From: Camelus ferus
Taxonomy: Eukaryota
Reading direction: 5' to 3'
Assembly: GCF_009834535.1 (NCBI RefSeq)
Contig: NC_045715.1
Location: 22,072,001-22,136,000 of the forward strand
DNA: 64,000 nt
Position numbers and translations under genes: made by a program. Below, piece after piece: positions 55,600 to 64,000 of this stretch. Position 1 is the stretch's first letter. The number at the start of each line of letters is the position of its first letter. The notes beneath the pieces are model-generated. The model was not told the DNA's origin and made no database searches. It saw nothing but the letters and a program-made list of their open reading frames with translations.

Positions 55600-56800
55600 A
55601 GCTTCGGCTTTCTCCCTAACTGGCCATCCCTGGAGTCGAGGGGCGGGGGCTTCAGCTCCCATACTCTGCCCTCCTCATCCACGTCGAGTTGTGCCCACTG
55701 GGTATCCACAGTACTAGTTGTTTTCCCTTTGCCACAGGCCACCCCAGCACCAGGCAGGAACTCCTTTGGTGAGTGTGGGAAGGTGGAAACCCGAGCCCGG
55801 GGCGGGACCGGCGCGCCCGCCCACAAACTGCTGGCTCTTTCCTCCCGCTCTTTCCCTGCCTTCGCGTTCGAACTGCCAGGGCTGGCCCCGCCCGCCGCCC
55901 ATTGGCTGGCTCTGGGCGGCGTCACCGCCTCGGTACGAGCCCTCCTGATCCATGCACCCGCCTTGGAAGTGCGGGGCGGGACGTACGCCTGCCGACTCGC
56001 GCCAACCGGGGAGAGCCACCGCCCCATAAAGGAGAGGCTCAGTCCTCCCAGGTGCCGCGCGCGGGAGGGGTCACGCGTGCGCAGAAGCGCGGCGGCAGTG
56101 AAGGGGGGAACAACTAACCACGGAGAGGGCGGGGCCGGGGGGGAAAAGGCGGGAGGGCGGGGCACTTGAGGGAGGAGGGCGTGGCGGGGGCAATGGGAAG
56201 GGTGAATGGAGGGCGGGGTCGTGAACTGGGGCCGGGGGGAGGGACTTGGAGTGACCATGAAGATTGGGGGGGCAGTTAACGGATGTGGCTTGGGGCGGGG
56301 GCCAGTCCGGAGGCCGGCTGCTGGGAGGGGGGATTCCCTCCTGCCCCGAGGGCAGGTCTCCCTTTGGAGGCAGGGGCTGCGGGGATTCCCTCTCCCGCCA
56401 GGTCCGACTGTCCGCCCGCACCGGCCGCGGAGAGATCGCCGCCGCTAGCCCCGCGCNNNNNNNNNNNNNNNNNNNNNNNNNNNNNNNNNNNNNNNNNNNN
56501 NNNNNNNNNNNNNNNNNNNNNNNNNNNNNNNNNNNNNNNNNNNNNNNNNNNNNNNNNNNNNNNNNNNNNNNNNNNNNNNNNNNNNNNNNNNNNNNNNNNN
56601 NNNNNNNNNNNNNNNNNNNNNNNNNNNNNNNNNNNNNNNNNNNNNNNNNNNNNNNNNNNNNNNNNNNNNNNNNNNNNNNNNNNNNNNNNNNNNNNNNNGC
56701 ACGCCCTCCGACGCCTAGACGTGCCCTCCCCGCGCGGGGGGTTCGCCTCGGTCTCCGACGTCTGCCTCTGCCCGGCTCTCGGCGGCCCCAGCTGTCACTG
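55600..56800 (+). promoter_or_regulatory. PHF1: PHF1 CpG-island promoter and non-coding exon 1
   Basis: Very CpG-rich, many GC boxes, ATTGG near 55901, donor CTG|GTAAGG at 56800; partly in gap 56457-56698. Confidence 0.75.
56457..56698. other. Assembly gap (N x242) in PHF1 CpG island
   Basis: Run of N. Confidence 0.99.
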
Positions 56801-57548
56801 GTAAGGAGGCGGCGGGAGGCGCCCGTGGGGGGGCAGGGAGCCGGGGGTCGGCGCGCAGGGCGCGAGCGGGAGAGCCGCGCCGCCCTGGCATTGAGTCGGG
56901 CTGGGCCGACTCAAGTCCCCTCTCAGACTCGCCGTCATGGGGAGTAGAGACTGGGACTGGGACACGCCCCCCTCCCGGGGCACTCAGGGAAGTTATCTAA
57001 CCCGGGGGCAGGGAGCCCCGAATTTGAGGGTGACCTGACATAACCTGGCACTAGGATGATTGTTCTGAATGAGACACGCGGGCTCGGGAGGCAGCTGTTT
57101 CCAGTCTGAAAAACATCTCCAGAAAAGCTCCCAAAACACATCTCTGGGAAACAGAGCACCTCTGTTACACCTCTAAACAGCAGTAGAAGGTGACAGTAGA
57201 CACTGACTGGTAACCTTTGCTTCTGCAACCACCGTCTCTGCTAAAATCTCAAGGCCAGAGTATAACATCCCAGGGGAGCTCTGGAAGCTGGGAAACTATA
57301 GAACTAGGGTGGGGGGCGGTGGTTAGGGAGAAGAGAGCTAGTGGCGACTCAGTTGGAAGAGCTGGAGTCAAGAAGCTTGGAAGGGGTGCCCAGTGGTTTC
57401 CTATCCAGGTGTCTCAGGGATATGGAGACTAGAAGCACACCTGCTAGAGTCCTTGATGGAAAAATAGGTGAAGAAAATGGGGATGGTTCCTCAGCATCCA
57501 TAACCTTCTCCTCCCATCCTACTTCTGGCTAGGCCCCCCCAGGATGCA

Positions 57549-60500
57549 ATGGCACAGCCCCCTCGGCTGAGCCGCTCTGGTGCCCCCCAACTTTGGGACC
57601 CAGCTTCCCCTGCTCCCACCTCAGGCCCCAGGCCTCGACTATGGGAGGGTCAAGATGTGCTGGCCAGGTGGACAGATGGGCTGCTATATTTGGGGACCAT
57701 CAAAAAGGTAGGACATTTGACCTCTGATCTGTCACCTTTTCTCCATTCCCCTCATCTAGTTCTGACTCCCATTTGACCTTCTGTGCTCAACCATTCCAGG
57801 TGGACAGTGCTCGGGAGGTGTGTCTGGTCCAGTTTGAGGATGATTCCCAGTTTCTGGTTCTATGGAAAGACATCAGCCCTGGTGAGACCCTAGAGGCCTG
57901 AGAGTGTGCATCCCATGGAAAACAGAAATTGGGCATGCGGGACCAAAGAGGGCTTAAGAACAGGCCCCTGACACTGTGTTCCCTCATAGCTGCCCTCCCG
58001 GGGGAGGAACTCCTCTGCTGTGTCTGTCGCTCTGAGACTGTGGTCCCTGGGAACCGGCTAGTCAGCTGTGAGAAGTGTCGCCATGGTGAGAGGGCAGGAC
58101 ACCTGAATGGTCCAGCTTGCCCTGGGCCTTCCAGGATGCCTCTGACCCTTCCCTACAACACTGTCCTTACACCACCTGTCCTGGCCTGAGTCCCCAAGCC
58201 ACTGCTCTGACTAGTCTCCCCAACCCTGTAACCTCACTCCTTTCCAGCACAGGGAGAGGTAGTCATGGGATGGAGATGTGTGAGCTTTGTGGGCAAAGAG
58301 TAGTTAAAATACACCCTTTTCTAACCGTATGACCTTGGACCTCCTAAACCCCTAGGAGCTTCAGTTGCATAAACATAATACACTTACCCTAGCAGGACTG
58401 TGGTCAAGGATGAAATGAGATGGATAAGACTCTTCTGTCCCAGTGTCTAGCACATACAGGTATGCAATGCAATGAGTGGTCTACCATCAATACTATCATT
58501 ATTCAGCTTACCACCAGGACTGCCACGTTCCAAGGGCCCCAGCCCCTGGAGAGGGAGAGGGCACATCCTGGGTCTGCCGCCAGTGTGTCTTTGCCATCGC
58601 CACCAAGGTAAAGGCACCTTCCTGTGGGAGCCTCCCACCCACAGCCTCTCCCAAGCCCTTCCTCCCCCCACCCCTCTGAAGCGGTCTGCTTGCTCCATCT
58701 CTGCAGAGGGGAGGTGCACTGAAGAAGGGCCCCTATGCCCGGGCCATGCTGGGCATGAAGCTTTCTCTGCCATACGGACTAAAGGGGCTGGACTGGGACG
58801 CTGGACATCTGAGCAACCGGCAGCAGAGCTACTGTTATTGTGGTGGCCCTGGGGAGTGAGTAATGAGGGGTGGGGGTTAAGGAATGAAAGATGAGGGTGT
58901 GGATCCTAGGGAATGAAGGAGAAAGAACAGGGTGAGGGGAGTGCTGAAGGGGGTGGGAGGAGGTAGTGAGCAGCGTTTGGGGCAGTTGGGGGGGTGTGTT
59001 TGGAGCTCAGTAGTCCTGTGCTTCCCCTCAGGTGGAACCTGAAAATGCTGCAGTGCCGGAGCTGCCTGCAGTGGTTCCACGAGGCCTGCACCCAGTGTCT
59101 GAGCAAGCCCCTCCTCTACGGGGACAGGTGACTTAGGGCGGCTCTCCCTCCCACCCCATAACCACTCTCTCCCCAACATCTGAAGCTTTGCTTACCTGTT
59201 CGCCCCACCCTTGCTCAGGAGTCCTCCACAGCACAGTGTAGTTTTCCTGGGTAAGGTGCATTCTCTCCCTCTTGCCCACATCCAGGTTCTATGAGTTTGA
59301 ATGCTGTGTGTGTCGGGGGGGCCCTGAGAAGGTCCGGAGGCTGCAGCTTCGCTGGTGAGCTGGATGAGGCACTACCCCAGCGTAACTCCTCTCTCAACAC
59401 CCCCATGATTTCACCTTACGCACCCCAGTTCACTGCCCTGGACCCCCCTGGCTTTTGTGAACGCTTCCACAACCTTGACAAACCAATATTTCTCCAGGGT
59501 GGATGTGGCGCATCTTGTCCTCTATCACCTCAGTGTTTGCTGTAAGAAAAAATACTTTGATTTTGACCGTGAGATCCTCCCCTTCACCTCTGAGAATTGG
59601 GACAGTTTGCTCCTTGGGGAGGTAAGGGGTAGTGGAGCTCTGGGGGTTAGGGTGGAAGAGGGAGATGTGAAGAAAAGGGGTAGGGAGGGATCACTGCTCC
59701 CCTGACCCCATTTTCCTTCCCCAGCTCTCAGACACTCCCAAGGGAGAACGTTCTTCCAAGCTCCTCTCCGCTCTCAACAGCCACAAGGACCGGTGAGTTG
59801 GAGGGAGGCTCAGAGATGGACAAGTGGATATGGAAGCCTGGGACGGGAGGGGCTGCCACCCACCTGGGAGATCATCTCTGAAAAGGACTGAGGAACAGTA
59901 TATAAGAGGGCCCCTTTTCTATAGCACTGACCCTGTATCATTTCTCTCCTCACCCCAGTTTCATTTCAGGGAGGGAGATTAAGAAGAGGAAATGCTTGTT
60001 TGGTCTCCATGCTCGGATCCCTCCCCCTGTGGAGCCCCCTACTGGAGATGGAGCCCCCACCAGGTCACTGGTCCAGGGGGGATGGGGAAGTTCTCAGGGT
60101 CTATGTATGGAAATGGGGNNNNNNNNNNNNNNNNNNNNNNNNNNNNNNNNNNNNNNNNNNNNNNNNNNNNNNNNNNNNNNNNNNNNNNNNNNNNNNNNNN
60201 NNNNNNNNNNNNNNNNNNNNNNNNNNNNNNNNNNNNNNNNNNNNNNNNNNNNNNNNNNNNNNNNNNNNNNNNNNNNNNNNNNNNNNNNNNNNNNNNNNNN
60301 NNNNNNNNNNNNNNNNNNNNNNNNNNNNNNNNNNNNNNNNNNNNNNNNNNNNNNACTGCAGGTACAGGGGCAAGGGAACCCCATGGGGCAAATGGTGGTG
60401 TGGGAAGGAATCAAGGATTATCTCTCAGTCCTTTGCTCCTTTTAGGCCTCAGTGTCTCCACCACCCTCCAGTCCTAACCAGAGTTACCAGGGCAGCAGCG

Positions 60501-61341
60501 GCTACAACTTCCGTCCCACAGATGCCCGCTGCCTGCCCAGGTCAGTGCTCCTCCACCCTCCAACCAGATATGCTCCCTCAGAACCTCTCTTCCAATTGTC
60601 TACATCTTCTTCTGGACTTTCTCACTCAGAATTCTTTTCCCTCTCCCCTTTGGTTACCCACTTCTTGTCCTAGAGAGACTTCTAGAACCAATGTCTGCTT
60701 CCCAGTATCCTGGGGATGGGGGTTCCTTGAGGGTAGTGTTTGAGCTCCACCATTCTCAGGGGGAGAGGGTCCTGTTCCCCTGCTTCCTGTCCTGACTTTC
60801 CCCTCCCCAACCCCAGCAGTCCCATCCGGATGTTCGCTTCCTTCCACCCCTCTGCCAGCACCGCAGGGACCTCTGGGGATGGTGAACCCCCAGACAGGTG
60901 AGATTCTACCCCTTTATCTCTGATACTCCTCTTCACCTCTGTGTTAAGTTCCTCAGTCTCTAACCATTTTTTTGTTCCTCTGAGCCACACATGGCCTCCA
61001 TTTCTGGTTAATCCTTATCTATGCTGGACTCACAATTTCCTTCTCTCCCTAGGTCACCCCTGGAACTTCACATTGGTTTCCCCACAGATATCCCTAAAAG
61101 TGCCCCCCACTCGATGACTGCCTCATCTTCCTCAGTCCCTGCCCCCTCCCCAGGTCTCCCTAGACGCTCAGCGCCCTCTTCTCCCCTGTGCCGAAGTTTG
61201 TCTCCTGGGACTGGGGGAGGAGTCCGAGGTGGGGTTGGCTACCTGTCCNNNNNNNNNNNNNNNNNNNNNNNNNNNNNNNNNNNNNNNNNNNNNNNNNNNN
61301 NNNNNNNNNNNNNNNNNNNNNNNNNNNNNNNNNNNNNNNNN
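57549..61341 (+). CDS. PHF1: PHD finger protein 1 (Polycomb-like 1); stop lies in a gap, so the end is estimated
   Basis: Exons 57549-57707, 57800-57881, 57990-58085, 58507-58607, 58707-58855, 59032-59127, 59286-59354, 59498-59621, 59725-59792, 59959-60063, (gap)-60361, 60446-60540, 60817-60897, 61053-(gap 61249-61484). Tudor ([15 protein letters not shown]), two PHD fingers, winged-helix EH region. End estimated from the recalled 30-aa human tail. Confidence 0.97.
60119..60354. other. Assembly gap (N x236) covering most of one PHF1 exon
   Basis: Run of N followed by ACTGCAG|GTAC donor. Confidence 0.99.
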
Positions 61342-61484
61342 NNNNNNNNNNNNNNNNNNNNNNNNNNNNNNNNNNNNNNNNNNNNNNNNNNNNNNNNNNN
61401 NNNNNNNNNNNNNNNNNNNNNNNNNNNNNNNNNNNNNNNNNNNNNNNNNNNNNNNNNNNNNNNNNNNNNNNNNNNNNNNNNNNN
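61249..61484. other. Assembly gap (N x236) covering the PHF1 stop codon
   Basis: Run of N. Confidence 0.99.
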
Positions 61485-61665
61485 TGGGGAAGAGGCTCTC
61501 TTCTCTACTCCCTTCATGATTCCTGACCCTTCCCCTCTCCCTCTTCCCATTTCCTTTGATGTTATTTTGTTACAGCTTTTTAAATATTTTTTAAAATTAT
61601 TTAACCCTTGGGGATGGAGACTGAGGAAGGGGGATGATAAAGGGTCCCGGGCTCTGTATGATTGA

Positions 61666-61681
61666 AATAAAGATAAATAAA
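61666..61681 (+). terminator. PHF1 polyadenylation signals (2x AATAAA)
   Basis: AATAAA at 61666-61671 and 61676-61681. Confidence 0.8.
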
Positions 61682-61802
61682 CAAGCTTAGCAGCTCTGAG
61701 TCATTCTGAGAGATGTAAACGGAGGGGCTAGAAGCAATTCTAATCCTTCCAACCAAATTCATTTCTTGACAAGGAATAAGGCACAGAGAACTAAAGATAG
61801 GA

Positions 61803-61808
61803 TTTATT
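61803..61808 (-). terminator. CUTA polyadenylation signal (AATAAA)
   Basis: TTTATT about 75 nt past the CUTA stop. Confidence 0.8.
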
Positions 61809-61881
61809 TAAGGTCCAGTCATCACCTGGAAGTCAGAGGGCACTGAAGTATATGAGGGGAACATGGCAAGAACAGGGCTCA

Positions 61882-63184
61882 TTATGGTAGGGCTGTGCTG
61901 GAGTCAGAAACTGACTCTGTAACCTGGCGCACCCAATGCAGGTACGGGGAGTTCCCCTGCTCCACAGGCAATGCAATCACCTCAGCCACTTCGTAAGGGT
62001 GCACAGAACTGCAAAAAAGATGAGGATGGGTGGGGAATCGCTCAAAGGTTTACCTAAAGGAGTCCCCCCTCAGGCTCACCCAACAAGGCTCACCCTCACC
62101 TCTACCCATCTCAAAAGTTCTCACCGAACAAAATCTGTCAAAGCTGGAACCAACGAGCTTTGGGTTTTAATCATCTAAGGGGTGAAGACAAACATGGTTG
62201 AAACAAGGGGTGGAGTTGATTTCATGATCTCAGACGAGGGAAAGGGGTGAAAGTAAGTGGTCATGGAATTAGGCTTTTGTTGTGTGGGGGGACATTTCTC
62301 ACCATCAGCACTTCACTGTCCTCCTCAATCTTTCCTTTCCACTCATAGCTGAAAAGGTCAGGGAGAGAGCATTGTGGAAGCAGATTTCCCCCAACGAAAA
62401 AGACTGCCAGTCAGCCCCTTGAGTTAGGTTAACCCCCCAACTCCTGTGACTCACATGGATGTAATCTGAGGGATGAGGTTGACGCAGGCTGCCAGGCGCT
62501 TCTCCACCACAGCCCTGAAGGTTAAGAGACAGCCCATTCAGAGCCCCCATGACCCGGATTTTTGCACTAGCAGCCCAAGAGACAGGCAGGAAGCAGCGGG
62601 AGGGCATTCTTCTCCCCCACCCCCAACTCTCCCTTCATGAACATCCTTCCTCGCTCCACACCGAGATCCCCACCTGGCGATCTCCTTGGCGACCTTCTCG
62701 TTGGGACAGGTGACAAAAGCTGCAGATACCGAGCCAGGAACATAGGCGGAGCCCGAGGCCGGTGAGGGCTGGGACGGGGGGCTTCCTGAAGCCATGGACA
62801 GCAGGGCTCGGGATAGCAACAGAAGGCGGGAGACCACAGGCAGCAGCGCCGGCATCCAAAGAAGGGAGAAGAGCAGAGCGGCCTGAGAGCAGGAAGTGAA
62901 TTCGGTGTCTCCCCATAAATACCCCAGGAAATTACACCCCGGGGGCCCTTCGCTTGGATAGACACTCAAGTCTCTGCCCTCCCTCGTCTGCACCCCGAAG
63001 GAAAAGGTTCCCGAAGCTGCGAGAGTAACCCGAAATAAAGCAAAGACTAGGTTTTCACTTCCTCCTTGGGGCCAACCTCGGGTTTTGGATGCGGGTGGTG
63101 GTCGAGGCTTCCAGTACCGGAAGGGGAGGGGCGGTCACTCACCCCTCCGCCGAGCAGGATTGTGGGAGCCCGCCCCCACCTCAT
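61882..63184 (-). CDS. CUTA: Protein CutA homolog, 177 aa
   Basis: Exons 63143-63184, 62674-62882, 62455-62514, 62303-62348, 62125-62174, 61882-62008 (534 nt). Hydrophobic N-terminus then CutA1 domain ([54 protein letters not shown]). Confidence 0.97.
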
Positions 63185-63277
63185 GCAGCCTATGCTGGTA
63201 GAGGAGGGTTGAATATCAAAGACCACACATTACGCCGAGAAAGGACCCCAAACCCAGGAAGAGCGGCCTCTTCTTAC

Positions 63278-63640
63278 CTGGGCGGCAGCCACGTGATATG
63301 AAAACAGCGCAGACCACGTGACAGTAGAAGCCGGAACACCCTAACCTCCAGAGCCGGCCAATCCTGGCCCTCATGTGGCCCGGTGTGCCCCGCCTCCTGG
63401 TGAGGGAGGAGCAAAGAGGGACCCAGCCAACCAACAGCTGTACCCGAAGACGTGCACGGAAATGGCTCGCCTGTTTCCGTGTAAACCGGAAACGGCCAAT
63501 TGCCGACTAAGCAGAGCCGCAGCTGCGTTCCACTGTCACGTGAGGGGGCCGGTCCCTTCAGGCGGCAGTACCTCAATGAGCTGTGGGAAGAGGCCAATCG
63601 CCGGGTAGCCCTGCAAGCCACGTGATGAGAGAGCTGGCTC
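63278..63640 (-). promoter_or_regulatory. CUTA: CUTA promoter/exon 1 with four CACGTG E-boxes
   Basis: Donor CAG|GTAAG at 63278; CACGTG at 63290, 63315, 63537, 63619; CCAAT and ETS cores. Confidence 0.75.
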
Positions 63641-64000
63641 TAGGAAAGGGGGGCTGGAGACCCCGCGGAGTCGATGCGTCAGGTTATCGAGTGGGGAAAT
63701 CATCCTTAAACCCCAGAATGTGCCTAGTAACAGCCCCTACACTGTTCTTGAAGGCCTTGAGGAATGAGAGAGTCTTAGGAGATTGAACCTTAGGGGTTGA
63801 AGAGAGCAGCCCCTGCAATTTTAGGACTGACAGATGCCTGGGTTGGGGAGTGCATGATGATAATCTGAGAAGGCAGCTGTCCCTGGTTGGGGGGAAGTGA
63901 TTAGGCAGGCATGGCATGGCAAGACCATGGCTAGGTGAGGAAAGGCATTTTAAAAGGACAGAGACCCTGTAAATGAGATAGAGGATGATTAAAATGGGGC

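Noticed and set aside
55510-56258. 219-aa (+) and 241-aa (-) ORFs between KIFC1 and PHF1
   Set aside because: Low-complexity CpG-island ORFs over the PHF1 promoter with no recognisable homology.
63640-64000. Start of SYNGAP1, the next gene expected by human synteny
   Set aside because: No SYNGAP1 exon is recognisable before the window ends.
1-64000. CRISPR arrays, prokaryotic defence or mobile systems, rRNA/snRNA genes
   Set aside because: None seen. The DNA is intron-containing mammalian sequence, and the only dispersed repeats are SINE, LINE, LTR and hAT elements.

Overview
Mammalian genomic DNA from the extended MHC class II region, with gene order RGL2 (-, 3' part runs off the window), TAPBP (-), ZBTB22 (-), DAXX (-), SMIM40 (-), about 15 kb of repeat-rich spacer, KIFC1 (+), PHF1 (+) and CUTA (-). 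Exons were walked by hand (GT-AG sites, phase, frame) and named from my recollection of the human proteins; no database search was run. Twelve full-length copies of a tRNA-Ala(AGC)-derived SINE with an AAACCTAATTACCTCC tail, and no recognisable Alu/B1/Bov-tA/PRE1/Can-SINE, suggest a camelid genome (inference). Six N-gaps hide parts of RGL2, DAXX and PHF1 exons and two promoter regions. I see no CRISPR array or prokaryotic-type system, and the locus as a whole is well known. The best leads are (1) two unannotated-looking, phase-compatible exons in RGL2 intron 2 that would give RGL2 an alternative N-terminus but lack a clean AUG, (2) the SMIM40 membrane microprotein with a cluster of CRX/OTX-type motifs upstream and predicted 3'UTR introns, (3) an orphan promoter/NF-kB island at about 26 kb, and (4) internally deleted or dimeric SINE derivatives.
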